Source of the DNA: Cladosporium halotolerans
Taxonomy: Eukaryota
Reading direction: 5' to 3'
DNA length: 64,000 nucleotides
Assembly: GCF_011745625.1 (NCBI RefSeq)
Contig: NW_027191496.1
Location: forward strand, 62,001-126,000
The first letter of the stretch is position 1. Each line of letters begins with the position of its first letter. The notes under the pieces were generated by a model that saw only the letters and a list, made by a program, of their open reading frames with translations, was not told the DNA's origin and made no database searches. Positions 23,556 to 36,649 of the stretch are shown here, piece by piece. The position numbers and the translations under genes are program-made.

Positions 23556-25157
23556 GGCGCCGCCAGCCGGTGTCGTTTGGTATGCGCTCGCGGGCGCAGC
23601 GGGCTGGAGAGGTGTATGGTGACTGCGGCGCGGTGGGCGGCGCAGCAACCCATGGGCGAGCGTGGATGGTGCCGCAGGGAAGGGTATGGCACTATGGGTC
23701 GCGGTGGTGGACGCCAAAGGCGAGCTGGGGTGCGCAATTCGAAGTGCAAGTGACGTAGATCGAGCCAGCAAGCGCGACCCACGCTCCTTCCCTCAGCCTC
23801 GTCTCATTAGGCCCGGCAGCGCTCCGACGACGCACGCTAACAACATGGCCTGCCGCCGTCTTTGCCAGTGCTGCCAGTGCTTGCGGAGAGTCGTCATGGC
23901 GAGGCGCGACTGGCGCTGCTCTCGGAGCCATCTCGCCGCCGCCGTCGCCCCCGTCATTCACGTGTGTCTTGCATTGCTAGCCCATGATCTCGGTGGCCGT
24001 CTCGTCGGCGCCGGCCGCCTCACTGCCAGTTGCAGGGGAGACAGGGTTTGCCCTTCGCGGCCGTACCTGGGCTTGATAAAAGTTGAGATAATCGCGCCGG
24101 CGAGGCCCTAGCCAATATCATCAACGGCCCCCGTGAGGCACACGCACACGAACACTCACGGCACATGTGCTAGACCTCCTATCTCCCGCGCAGCTGCACG
24201 CTACTGCATGCCCTCTTCCATCCAGTCATTTCTACAGTACGGCCTCGCCTGAAACGCGATCAAGCACCCAAACGCGAGTCTGCGCGGTGTCGCAACGCCA
24301 GAGTCGTCACAGCCCGCACGCAGGGCAGCCCTAAAAAGCGGCCTGGGCGGTGCAATTTACAAATGCCGGCCAGCACGACGCATCTCTCCCTGCCTAAACA
24401 CGCCCGAACCTCGCCGGTTCGTTGCACGCCTGTAGCTTGACTCGGCGCGACAGGGTTCCCACCCCCGTGATCCTCACATCCCTGGGCCGCGCCTCGTTCC
24501 AAAGCCTCCGATCATCGCGTCTTGCTGCCCAAATGACCTATCCACGTCCCGCCGTCGACCGCCTGGCGTGCCTGGCTCTCCCACTCACACTGCAGCGGAG
24601 TCGTTGTAGGGCTGACCGCCACGTTTTCTGGCTCCCGCCCTCCCTGCCGGCGGCCGACGGAACCTCCAAATATCGTAGGTCGTCATGACGATCTCATCGT
24701 AAGCAAGCGCAGATTAGTCGGTCGATGCTCGCCGGGCTACGGTCGAGTTGCTCTCGTGACCTCTCAATTAGGGCTATCGAACTCTCGACGACGGATGCAT
24801 ACTAATCCTCTCCGACACGGGGGATGCTCCGGTTGCCTAACTTTTACTTTACTACTGACAAGCAACACTTGCTGTGCGTATGGGACTTGCCGCTCATTTG
24901 TTCAAGGATCAGTTGATCACGATTCACTTCCGTTTATTTTGGCTTCTCTAGTCAACTCTGGACCTCAGGCCGCCAACGCCGGTGTTGCTAGCCCATTCTG
25001 AATGATGCACATGCATCAGAAGCCGGATAAAGAACGTGTAAGGCGAACAAGGCAGAGCCTAAGACCACGTGTAAAAGATGTCCGCAAAAGACCCGCATCA
25101 CCAGCGCCGCAACTGCGGCTGTTGTCGCTCGATTCTGTCCAGTTCTTCGCTCGTCCG

Positions 25158-26321
25158 CTAAGCTCCTCCGTTAAACATCAAGAGACGCCGCGTCTGCACC
25201 ATATTCAGGAACATCCTTAGGGATATCAACGCATCCCGTACCGCAAGTGAGCCTTCAAAAGGCATATATCCCGTGTCCCGCAAGTGGAGTCGCAAGTCGT
25301 TCAGCCTGGCTTCCGCGTGCTGGACATAATACAAGTATTCTGGTTGTATCATCTCTGCCAGGTCATTCGGTAGGCCGCGCCTAAACCTCACCATGACAAG
25401 TGCTTTCTCCGTGTCCCTCACGATCCAAAAGACTTTCGGGAAACGCAGCTTGACACCTCCCCGCTCCAGGATGATTTTGCGCACGCGGGCGCACCGCTCC
25501 GGCTCAACACCCAGCAGATCCACCTCGCACTTCCTCACATTTTCAAACGCCACCACTCCAGCGAGCAACCGCAAATAATGCACGCCCGGCAAGCGCGCCA
25601 CCAGCCTGACCTCCAGCCTCTTACACGCCCTCGCCGCGCTCGCAACCGCAAACACCACCTGCGAAACGCCCGTGAACGGCGTCCTCGACACGATCCTCAA
25701 CGGCGGCACCGGCCTCCCCTTCGCCGCCTCCTTCACCCCATCCACAACCCCAACAACCACCCTCACGCTCTTCATCCTCCGCACATAAGGTGGCACCAGC
25801 GCCTCCACATCCACCACATCCCGCGCCGTCGCCTCCCCCCTCCTGCCACCCAGAACAACACGCTTTTGCGCCGCACCATCCACAGAAAACAACACTTCCG
25901 TCTTAAACACCTCCTCCAGCCCCAGCCCCGGAAACCACCCGTTCAGCGAGCTGACCGTCCCCTTCACATCCCCCGTCGCCGTGTTAACCTCGTACAGCAG
26001 CGCCTGCGCTTCTCGGTGCGTGGCTCTGCAGGCGCGCAGGATCTGCGGGAAGGCTTGCGCGCGGCCCCCGCGTGGGGAGGGCTGCACGGTGAGGAGGTTG
26101 GCGTAGACGAGGGCGCGGAGTTCGGGGGGCAGGGCGAAGAGGGGGAAGGTGGCGGTTGCGTCGAGGTGGGTGAGGAGGCGGGCGAGGGAGGGTTTGCCGC
26201 GGCGGCGAGCGGGGAGGCCGGTGCGGGTTTTGTAGAAGGCGCGGAGCTCGGAGGTCGTGCATGTGGTGTAGGAGAGGGCGAAGGGGGAGGGGGGCGTGGT
26301 TGTCGTGTTGGTTTGTGGCAT
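25158..26321 (-). CDS. Uncharacterised protein with F-box-like motif
   Basis: 387-aa intronless ORF with ATG start. FPLFALPPELRALVYANLL resembles an F-box/2EXR-type motif, followed by FPQILRACRATHREAQALLYEVN. Confidence 0.7.
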   Translation of the reverse strand: MPQTNTTTTPPSPFALSYTTCTTSELRAFYKTRTGLPARRRGKPSLARLLTHLDATATFPLFALPPELRALVYANLLTVQPSPRGGRAQAFPQILRACRATHREAQALLYEVNTATGDVKGTVSSLNGWFPGLGLEEVFKTEVLFSVDGAAQKRVVLGGRRGEATARDVVDVEALVPPYVRRMKSVRVVVGVVDGVKEAAKGRPVPPLRIVSRTPFTGVSQVVFAVASAARACKRLEVRLVARLPGVHYLRLLAGVVAFENVRKCEVDLLGVEPERCARVRKIILERGGVKLRFPKVFWIVRDTEKALVMVRFRRGLPNDLAEMIQPEYLYYVQHAEARLNDLRLHLRDTGYMPFEGSLAVRDALISLRMFLNMVQTRRLLMFNGGA

Positions 26322-26792
26322 GCTGGTGGCGAGTGATGTGTTTTTTTTGACGCTGTGTCCGTTAGTAGCTGTGCAATGTTAAACGTGTGCAAGTGGAGAT
26401 AAGGTAAGCGATGGGGGTAATATGTGATGATGGTGGAAATGGACGTGGAGACTCCAAAGAGAGCGATGTTGATGTTCGCAGAGGACCGCGATATTGACTG
26501 GTAAGGCAAGGAGTGGTGCAGTGAGAGGCGCGCCTGCACATTTGCGTCGGTAAGGCACCGTGATTACTGCAACAAAATGATCATGTACTCCATGTTACCT
26601 TCCAGGTCCACTGTCAAATTTTAGACTCGTAATACTAATAATAAGACGACGACTCTGCATAGGCATCGAGGCAACGAGGTCGCGCCTGTAATAAGACAGA
26701 CTGGCTTCTACCTGGCCCATATCCATTCGCCTCAGAGCTAGAAAACGGCCAGCATAGCAATCCAAGGTCGCAGAATTTTTCAGACACACCAA

Positions 26793-27769
26793 CTAAGGCG
26801 AGCCCCATCCTTCAACTGTGGACGTGAGCAGCGGACCGCTAAGAATTCGACCCGCCTTCGCTTTCATCTCCTCAACATCCCAATTACACCACACCATCCT
26901 GCCGCGCAAGAACTTCGCTTCCTCACTACACAGCCAAACTGCGAAATGCGAACCCAGCTCGACCGTGTCCATGCTAGGTGGGCGCATGGAACCTTTCCGG
27001 AACATGTCGGTGTCCACTGAGAAGGTAATACGTTAGCAGCCGCGACTCATAGCCCATCCGAATCAGAAAACACGTACCGACGCCTGGATGCATGGACACA
27101 ACATGCAAGTCGGGATTCTCCGCAGCCAGGATCTCGAAGAACTTCAGCGCAGCGAACTTAGAGGCATTGTAGCCGCTGCCGTTGCACTGATAAGGAGTGG
27201 GAATGTGTAGAGAGCCGGCGCTGATGCTGATGAGGGCCGCCTGCGGGTTCCGCTTGGGCAGGAAGGAGTGGCAGACGTTGAAGGAGCCCTTCACGTTGAT
27301 CTGTCTTTTTGTCAGTCGCTTGGCATGATCAGATGGAGAAGGCGTGCCTTGCCTCGAAGCCTTTCCACCACTCGCTGACGTCCGAGTCGATGACGCTGAC
27401 CATCTCGGGCATGTAGCCTGCGTTGGAGACGAGGATGTCCCAGGCACCGATGTGGTCGGCGGCTTCCTTGACGGCGGCTTCGTCGACGACATCGACGACG
27501 TAAGTAGTGACTTTGATCGTCTTGGAGCTCGCTTGAAGCGCTGTTTCGGTCTCTTGCAGCTTGTCGGCCCTGCGTCCTAGGATGGCGATCGAAGCAGCAC
27601 CGGCGTCTACGAACGCTTGAGAGATGCCTCTTCCGATTCCGGCGGCACCCCCGGTGATCACGACTTTCTTGCCATTGACGGAAAGCTCTGGGCGTTTTGG
27701 ATCGATGGTAGAGTAGGTGTCGGTGTGCCACAGCTCTGTAAAGGCAGGGAAGGGTGCTGGGCCTGCCAT
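26793..27769 (-). CDS. Short-chain dehydrogenase/reductase; exons 27769-27353, 27300-27078, 27016-26793
   Basis: VITGGAAGIG Rossmann motif, LVSNAG, catalytic YNASK, MHPGVVDT. First intron is GC-AG, second is GT-AG. Confidence 0.9.
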
Positions 27770-28624
27770 GATCGAAGTCGGTTTGGAGATTGTGTTGTGT
27801 ACGCTTGCTTCGAATTTCTTTCGCGAGAAGGGGCTTTATCTGTTGGCAATTGGCATACGGTGTAAAGATGGGATTGGTCCTGTCAGATTGACGACCTTGT
27901 TCACTGATATGGTAACCATTTTATATGGGACGACATTCAGCACTCGGGAGGTAAATGTCAGCCGTGGGCCGGGTCGCCCAATATCGGGACTGGCGTCTGC
28001 CGTCTACTCTAACAACCTACATTTGGTCCAAATGGGTACGAAAAACGAGCCCTGCCAGCGGGCGATGTTTGTCGGTGACTCGGGGCTGATTGCAGCCGGC
28101 TGTCGGTGAACAGATGTGTCCGGCACAAGCAAAACGATTTCGCCTCCGTGAAGAGCAAGGTTTACATGTTCTCTTTGCTAATGTGAGGGTCTTTCAACAA
28201 GGGCGTCCTTTCCTCTCGATTCATGTTCCTTTGGTCATGCATCTCTGCTATACGGCATGCGCAGAGCAATGCTCTCCTTCTGGTGGGACAGGCCAGCACC
28301 GTTTGCCCAGCCAACATGCACGCAGCCGACACCCAGCCCCTCATCTGCTATTGTGAGGCTGGCGTGCATGATAGTAGCGGCCTTTCTTGGGCACATGACA
28401 CCGCTATGTGCTTGCAGCGGCGCCCGAGAAGTGGAGCATTGTGTGGTGATTCGAGGCGCGCAGCTCTCAGGCGCGGAAGTCCAAGGGGTCGCGTCATTGT
28501 CGATGGCCCACCCACCACACCCCGCTTCGCAGCAGCGCACAACTCTGGTCGAACGAAACTTTCCACACAGCAACACCAAAGCACCTTACCCCAAGTCCTA
28601 TCCCCAGAAAACACATCTACCAAA

Positions 28625-29966
28625 ATGGCGTCCACCGAGGAGAAGCCCGTTGGTATGTCTGCCCCCTCCTGCCAGTGTCAATGAGTGCCCGCCCACTTAC
28701 ATCATTTCGCAGACTACACCCTCGCCAACCCCGACACGTGAGCTCCTCCCAACCCTGCTACGTACCCCTCCCAGGGAGTTCGTGACATTGACGATACCGC
28801 AGCCTCACCAAGTACAAGACCGCCGCGACCATCTCCGAGAAGGTCCTCAAGACTGTCTCCGGTATGCCTCGAAGATCGCATTCGTCTCCCTTGCTCGACT
28901 GACTCATCCTCCAGGATGGTGCACTGAGGGCGCCAAGGTCGTGGAGCTGTGCCAGAAGGGTGACAAGCTCCTCGAGGAGGAGATCGCCAAGGTCTACAAG
29001 GGCAAGAAGGTCACCAAGGGTATCTCTCACCCTTGCACCGTTTCCCCCAGCGCATACATCACGCCCTACACCCCTCTGGTGTCTGATGAGGAGGAGGCCA
29101 AGACTACCCTGAAGGCCGGCGAGCCCGTGAAGATCCAGCTCGGTGCTCAGGTCGATGGCTTCGGTACCATTGTCTGCGACACTGTCATCGTCGGCGGCGA
29201 GGTCACCGGCCGCACCGCCGACCTCCAGCTGGCTACCTACTACGCCCAGGAGCTCATGCTCCGCACAATGATGCCGCCTGGTCTTCTGGCCACTGGCACC
29301 GAGGAGGAGAAGAAGAAGGCCGCGGCCTCCACCAAGCCCTACACCCAGGCCAGAATCACCGACCTGCTGCAGAAGCTGGCCAAGACCTACGACTGCAATC
29401 TTGTTGAGAACACCACCATCTGGAAGTTCGACCGCAACAACATTGAGAGCGACAAGAAGATCATCCTCGCACCTGGCGACGGCGTCAGGGGCGACGGTAT
29501 GCCCGAGGTCGGCGAGGTCTGGGGTGTCGAGATGGGCGTCAGCACCGGCAACGGCAAGGTCAAGACCTTCCCCAACCGCGCTACCCTCCACAGGAAGACG
29601 GACAACACATACGGCCTCAAGCGCCCCAGCTCCCGCGCTACTCTGTCTGAGGTCAAGAACAAGTTCGGCACCTTCCCCTTCAGCTTGCGCCAGCTTGACG
29701 ACGAGCGTGCCGGCAAGGTCGGTATCGTCGAGTGCGTCCGTGGCAACATCGTCCGCCAGTACGAGGTCATCGGCTCCGCCGACACCGAGCCCGTCAGCAG
29801 GCTGTTCACCACTGTCGCCATCACCAAGAACGGCCTTACCCGTCTCGGTGGCCCGCCTGCCCTTGACCTGGAGAAGGTCAAGTCCGACAAGAAGATCCAG
29901 GACCAGGAGCTCCTCGACATCCTCGCCCTGCCCCTCAACAAGAAGGAGAAGAAGGCTGCCGCTTAA
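28625..29966 (+). CDS. cdb4: Curved DNA-binding protein Cdb4 / PA2G4 (Ebp1)-like, M24 peptidase fold; exons 28625-28652, 28713-28737, 28803-28861, 28915-29966
   Basis: Spliced N-terminus MASTEEKPVDYTLANPDTLTKYKTAATISEKVL; motifs KIQLGAQVDGF, YGLKRPSSR and FGTFPFSLRQL. Three GT-AG introns. Confidence 0.9.
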
Positions 29967-30669
29967 ATGGCGAAATGCAGCGATGACGAAAGAGGTGGCG
30001 ACGGGTTGACCTTGCAGGAGAGCTCGCCCATGCACCTGGAATTCGGGGAGTCTCAGAGGGACGAGCAGCGCTCGCGTATCGGCGCGGGAGGCTGTTTGTA
30101 GTAACGAGTCTGTCACGAAGTGGCAGCACCACAAAATTACGAAATTACTCAGTCAGAGCGAACGCCGTGCATGATGCCATTGCACGGCGAGAAAAGCAGC
30201 TGAATAGATACCTTTGAATCGATCTCATGTGATTCGCTCTATGACGAAGTTCCGGAATGTGCTGTGAGGTCAGGACGCCCCTGAGTGTGGGAGATGGCGA
30301 GGCTGGGAGGGCGAGACTGCGATTGTTTAGTTCCAATCTCTAACGATGATTTGAGATTTGAAGATCACATGTTGAAATAGAAAGACGAATAATAAAATAT
30401 ATGGCGACGCGTTTGCTGATGGGCGGTAGACCTGAGACTATTTTCTGTGGTTAAAGTTGCCGGCCGACACTCCCGCGCAAGCTGCAGTATCACTTCAAGG
30501 CACGCGCAGGGTAGACCGGGACGCGACCTTCCCACCCCACCTGCGTACACGGCCTCGAACAAATACAGCATCGCCCTGGGTACGTGTAAAAATGCTTGCT
30601 TAATAATTACAGTCTGCTAACGAAGCGTGTACAGTGGCGTTTGCTCCCGCACTACGAGCCCCCGTCAAC

Positions 30670-33600
30670 ATGCCTTCCGAAGGCCGCCGTGATGCGCGCA
30701 CAACGAGAGACTCCGACGCCACTGGAACCGGCTCGCGCCCGCAGGCGAAGGGGAAGAGCACGAACGGCACCCTGGACGGCTGGGTCGAGCCGTCGCTCGC
30801 CGCGAAGCCCAGTTTCGAAGACCACGGCGGCGCCCCCTACGGCGTGCTCGAGCACATGCAGCCGCTCGGCGAGCCGCCCAGCACGCGAGTACGCGCGAGA
30901 GTGAAGGGCGATGGTGCGCGGAAGTCTATGGCTGGGAAGGGTGCTGCTGGACTTGGTTTGGATGCTCAGGAGACGCCTGAGGGGACGCCTGGCCCGCAGT
31001 ATTCTTCTCAGCCTGCGGATGCTCTGCCTCCGCTGCCGCCGATTGCCATGGATGACGAGGAGGATGAGGATTACGCCCCGGGCAAGAAGAGCAAGAAAAA
31101 GGAGCGTGCCGCGAAACCGAGAGCCGCGAAGCGTCAGAGCGAGTCTGCTGGGCCTGCAACTGAGACGCCGCCTCCGGGTAAGGGTAGGGGAAAAGGCAAA
31201 AGAGCTGCAGATAAGGCTGCACATTTGGCCGCAGAGGACGCTGCGTGGGAGGTTGCAAAGAAGTCTTTACTCGTGGACAATGTCAACCAGAACAAGGTCT
31301 ACGACGCGAGGAAACTGAGGATTGTCGTGGATGAGGCGAAGAGACGCGCTGAGGCTGTAGGCAAGCCTGCAATGGGCAAGGCTGTGGAAGAGATCTACCA
31401 GCAAAGCCTCTCCAACACACGTCTGACGTGGCTACTGGAAGCTGTCCTTTTACAGACCGCAAACAAGGAAGACATGGATGAGTTTCATGACTATGTGAGA
31501 GCGGCAAAAGAGAAGCTGAAGGAGGCCGAGCAGAAGGCAGGTGAGAGCACAAATGGCAAGCAGCCTCTCCCTGTGCGCACCCCGGCCAAGGAAGAAAAGA
31601 CTTCTAAAGTGAAAGAGGAAGCGCCGGCCATTCCGTCGACCGAGAAATCTGAGCTCCCACGACCAAAATTTTCTATCAAGGTGAAGTCTCCGCCAAAACC
31701 TACCGCCCGCAATCGCCCATCGCAAAGCGAGCCGATGTCTTCTTCACCTGCGAAGCAGCAATCTGCCGACCTCGACGACAACGCCTCCGAGCTTTCTGAG
31801 CTTACGGAGCTCTCCGAAGGTGAGGAAATGGACCAAGACGACGAGGATGGATCTCACAACGCTATATCAGGGCGCTCTTCCAGAGTCAATGGTGTCAAGA
31901 TCAAGGACCAAGCTGCTGAGCGTGGATCACTGGGCGTTCAGAGCAACAACCTGAAGCGATCTTCGGCCGACGCAGAAATACACGAGACTGAGCAGGATCG
32001 CGCACTCAGTGCAAAGAAGCTAAAGCTCAGTGGCTCAGTGCAGAGGGATTACGACTGGCAGGAGAGTCACGTCCGAGGCTCGCTCACTCGTGGTTCTCGT
32101 GGTGCAGGCACAAAGAGCGGTGGCGTTGTGCCACCAAAGATTACCCTACATCCTGGCGGCAACGCGAGTACGAGAGGCAGCAGAGCAGTATCAACCGACG
32201 CAGAGTCTCCGTTGTCATCCCCTGCACTATCCTCGAGGCGCAGCACGCCGCATGTGTGGAAAGGGCCCCCAAAGCAGACCGGAAAGCGTGCCAAGACCAA
32301 GACATCGTGAGTTCGACCCCGAATCCCAACTATCTAACCTCACATCACGCAGCAGGTGTCGCGAAAGCTTATTATTGCTATTGTCGCACCATGTAGGCGC
32401 ATCGTCGAGTTTGTCAGGCACTTTGCGCCGATAACCCAACAACTGTGCCTGCTCTGACCCTGCTCTTCCCGTCATTCTTCACATTCCACAAACACACGAG
32501 CCAGAAACACAGAACACCAAACTGACAGAAATGCCTCCCAAAAGACCAGAAAAGAAGAACCAGCACCCATATGGCGGTCTATCAGGCGCAGGTGGCGCTG
32601 GAAGAGACAGTCCAATCGGGGATGATGACAACGAGGAGGTAAGACAACGCTCAGCACTTGCGCTAAGCCCTCGCCCTTCCGCTTCTCCACGCGACATAAC
32701 CTTCCCACCCAACATCCCAGCACAAATGCAATTTCCACGGCAGCACTATCCGTCTCCTGTGCGATGGCTTGTCTTCATCACTGATAGAATGTACGACTTT
32801 ACTGACACTCCCTAGCTGTCCGAAAACAACGATTTTTGCTCATCATGTGGCGGCAGCGGATTTCTACTCTGCTGCGACGGATGCGATCGGGCCTTCCACT
32901 TCACATGCCTTGATCCGCCTATCAAGGAAGAGGCCAGTGAGCTGAACGAGCCATGGTACTGCTTCATATGCGTCGCGAAACGCCCGGCCTCCATAGAGCA
33001 GCCGGAAAGGCCGGCACAGGGCTTGTTCGCGCCTCTGCTCACTTCGCTCAATAAGAGCAATCCGCAGACCTTCCAACTGCCGGAGAGCGTGCGAAACTAC
33101 TTTGAGGGCGTTGCGACCGCTAAGAATGGCGAATTCACTGAGGCTGTGAAGCCCAAGACTCGGTACTTTTGCTCCTCCCCTTTGCAGCTTTGCTATCAGA
33201 CACGCTAACACAAGCCTTTCAGGCGCGGTGGCCTTGATGAAAAGCCCGACGATTTCAAACTGAAGGACAACAAGGGCAACAGCGTGCTGTGCTACGCCTG
33301 CAACAAGTCCTCCCTCGGCAAGCGCCCAATCATCGGTTGCGATTATTGCAGCCAGTGCTGGCATCTGGATTGTGTGAATCCTCCACTCGCGAACCCACCA
33401 AACCGGGATCATCTTGGCTTCAAAACTGGCGACTGGATGTGTCCACTTCACGCAGACCACGAGCTCCGCCAAGTCGAGACGAGGCTGCTCAAGCCGGCAC
33501 GTAGGGTGCACATTCGTAAGCCTCGGCAAGCGAAGACCATGCAAACCGCTCTTCAACGCGGCCTCCAGAACAACGGCGTTATCGAGATTGCTGATGATGA

Positions 33601-34281
33601 GAGCGACGACTCGGACTCGGAATTCTATGAAGACGACCGCGAGCCGGCAATTGTGTACAAGATGCCGGCTCAGGGCATCAAACTTGACTTCATCGACAAA
33701 GTCAAGCAGTACGTCTTTTGCATCCCGAGTATCGCATGAACTAGAAGCTGACAAGGGTTTTAGGACTCGCGTTCAAGACAGCCAGATCGAGCGCCTCAGC
33801 AAGCGGATCAAGCTCGATAACGCCATGAACGCCCCTAGTGCGCTCAGCCAAGCCAATTTCACCCGGCGTTCCATACGTGAGCAACAAACAGCTCTTTCTC
33901 TCGCGCAATTCGCAAATGCGAATCCGGATCTCGACCTCGGTGGCGACCAAGTTGAGAACCTTGTCGGTGCCTTGATTGTACGTTTCCGTGTCTTCCCTCT
34001 CCTGTCGATCCATGACGTCAAGCCTGGCATCATTGAGTAAAGCATCACGGACTGACAATTTTTACTTTCTTTAGGCTGAAGCACCTTCAGAAGTAGTCGA
34101 TACTATTACTGCTGCCGAAGGGCGAAAGGGACTTAAAACGAATGGCATCAAGAAGTCGCCCAGTCCATCGAGCTCGCAGCATACGGAGACCCTGTCGTCC
34201 GAGGAGCGAAGGGAGCTCGAGATGTTACAAGAACTCATCAAGCGAAAGCTTGAGGGCGCAATACCTCGATGCCCTGCTTAG
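30670..34281 (+). CDS. Double PHD-finger chromatin protein (Rco1/Cph1-Cph2-like, Rpd3S complex); exons 30670-32306, 32545-32638, 32816-33162, 33223-33708, 33764-33977, 34075-34281
   Basis: PHD1 NNDFCSSCGGSGFLLCCDGCDRAFHFTCLDPP...WYCFIC; linker NPQTFQLPESVRNYFEGV; PHD2 CYAC...CDYCSQCWHLDC...WMCPLH. Five GT-AG introns keep the frame. A probable 5' UTR intron lies at 30580-30633. Confidence 0.85.
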
Positions 34282-35047
34282 GACCTGACAGGCGAACATC
34301 ATTGTGCATGATCGATGGCTTCATCTTACCACTTACCGCAAACGTCCAGGATTACACCTTGACTGGAGGCAAAGCCGACGAGGATCTGCGACTGCATTGC
34401 GACAAGACCACCCGGAGTCGTCAGGGTAAGACTTCAGTGTTCTGGTGATCTAAAATCGCAGAAGCCGTGGATGCCGCAGCTACAACTGCGGTCATTCCTG
34501 GTTCCTTCCGGGAGATGCCAAACAAAAGAGCGCGAAAAGGCGCTGTGTTTTAATACGACAACTTAGCGAGCGATGAGCGATTGAGTGGTTTTTGTACTAG
34601 TTATTATGGTGGCATTCAGACTTCAACGCTTTATGGAAGCGAATATTTGTTATAGTGAGGGAAATTGCTCCGGAAAGCACATCTTCGAGGACCCTCATTG
34701 CGAGGACGGCTTTGTTAGCATGGTATAGGCTCATTCAAAGGAGACTGTTGGAAATTCAAAGCTTTCCGGCCCTTCTGGCCTCTCAATGCCTCATGTGTTT
34801 GACTTCTATCAGCAGCAACTTTGATCAAGTTGTGCCGTCTGGATTAGGGCATACTTCCGTGTCTTCCTTTGCCATCCTTTTCCGGTCAACGGTCGAGCTG
34901 CAGGCCGCCAACTTCACGTCAAAAGCGGCATGATCGTACCTGGATGGGTGAAGAGTCGCCAAAGCTTTGATGCTCTCACGGAGAAATCGCGCAATCGCGT
35001 ATAAACATGGAACACACCGTTCGCCATTGATCGACCGTGACGCACCC

Positions 35048-35053
35048 CACGTG
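35048..35053 (+). promoter_or_regulatory. Candidate Pho4/NUC-1 E-box (CCCACGTGC) upstream of SurE phosphatase
   Basis: CACGTG about 190 nt before the ATG, with flanks matching the high-affinity Pho4-type site GCACGTGGG on the reverse strand. Confidence 0.45.
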
Positions 35054-35244
35054 CTCGGCTAAGCAATATCACCGCAGGTCCAGCAGGGCAGCGAATGCAG
35101 CGCTAACAACTCGAAGCCCTCGATTAACTGTAGCCCATCGACTTCTCGATCACCTGCCTATTGCGTGAGACGTCCGGTGCACATATATTCTCGTTGGGAT
35201 GCGCAACCGTGGGATTATTTGAGACCACGCCCACCTCACCCAAT

Positions 35245-36259
35245 ATGCGCTGCACTGCTCTTCTCGTTCTTGCGCCTGCGCTTCTCGCCAACGCTTTCAA
35301 CGTCGTTGTGTCGAACGACGATGGTTGGGCGGAGCAGAATGTGAGGACGCTGGTGACAACATTGAACGGTGCCGGATTCTCCACCGTTCTCTCTTCACCT
35401 GCCGAGAATCAATCTGGAACTGGCTCTTCTGACGAAGAGCCCGAGACTGTTGGCTCAGATGGCTGCCAGTTTGGCTCTTGCCCTCCTGGTTCGCCGGCAG
35501 TCGGGTTCAATGCTACGGACAACAAACTCAATGTATCGCAACCCCTTTCCTGGGATATCAGACACGACGGCTGACTGATGAGCAGTACGTGAACTCATAC
35601 CCAGTGACATCCATCAAATATGGCATCCAGACTCTGGCACCGAAGTTCTTTGGTGGCAAGCCCGATATCGCCGTCACTGGTCCCAATGTCGGATCCAACC
35701 TGGGCCTCGCGACTCTCTTCTCCGGCACCGTGGGCGCCGCCACCGAGGCCGTGAAAGAAGGTTGGTACAGCACATTTACCGTCCGCGGATGGCACACTCA
35801 CCGAAGCCTCTCACAGGAATCCCTGGCATCGCTTTCTCCGGCGCCTCCGGCACCCCCACCGCCTGGAACGCGCGCACGCCCTCCTACAGCACCGTCTACG
35901 CCCAGCTCGCGACGCAATTCACCACTGCCGTCCTCAACGCCGGCCCCAAACCTTACCTAGCCAGCGGCATCTACCTGAACGTCAACTTCCCCGATTCCAG
36001 CAGTTCGTCGTGCTCCAGGGCCTCTGACTTCAAGTTCGTGCTGTCGAGGATCAACACTGCAATTCCGATCTTCACAGGCAAGGATGTTGTGACTTGCGGT
36101 AATGGAGGGCGGCTCCCGACTGAAAGTAAGGTTGTTGGCACGAGTGGGTGCTATGTTAGTGTTAGTGTTGGGAAGGCCAGCTCGAAGGGCGATGCGAGCG
36201 CGGCGGAGCAGCAGGTCGTGCTCAATAGGCTTGGTGGTGTCTTCTCCTGCTTGCCTTGA
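35245..36259 (+). CDS. Secreted SurE-family acid phosphatase / 5'-3' nucleotidase; exons 35245-35532, 35586-35760, 35817-36259
   Basis: Signal peptide MRCTALLVLAPALLANA; SurE motifs SNDDGW, PAENQSGTG, GPNVGSNLG, SGTVGAA, GIPGIAFS, LNVNFP. Confidence 0.92.
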
Positions 36260-36649
36260 TGTGCAGACGGGCGGGAGGCATGCCGAAATGGAGATCCCAC
36301 TGGCTTACGGAACACGCTCATGATGTGGAAGTCCTCTTGCACGGTCTGTGCCGTGCCTGGAGAACAGAAAAGCACTGATATTGGAAGACGAATACGCTGG
36401 AATCTTGGTGAATGATGTAATGATTTACGTTGTCTATGGATGTCGTCTGAAAAAAATTACCATCAGGTCAAAGCGGTGAAGCTCACTGCTGGTTTCTAAA
36501 GCAAAGCAGACGTTGATATCCCCGTATCCGAGTGAGTCCAGTCATTCAAAGTGAATGTGTTCATGCCAGACGCAAAGAAGATAGGGTTGGTGTCGATGCT
36601 AGAGAGCATCTCTCGCCGAGTCGAGACGGCAATCCAGGGCGAACAAGAT

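Noticed and set aside
28257..28624. Long N-terminal extension of Cdb4 in the ORF track
   Set aside because: Artefact of reading through promoter and introns; the spliced model from ATG 28625 gives the expected N-terminus.
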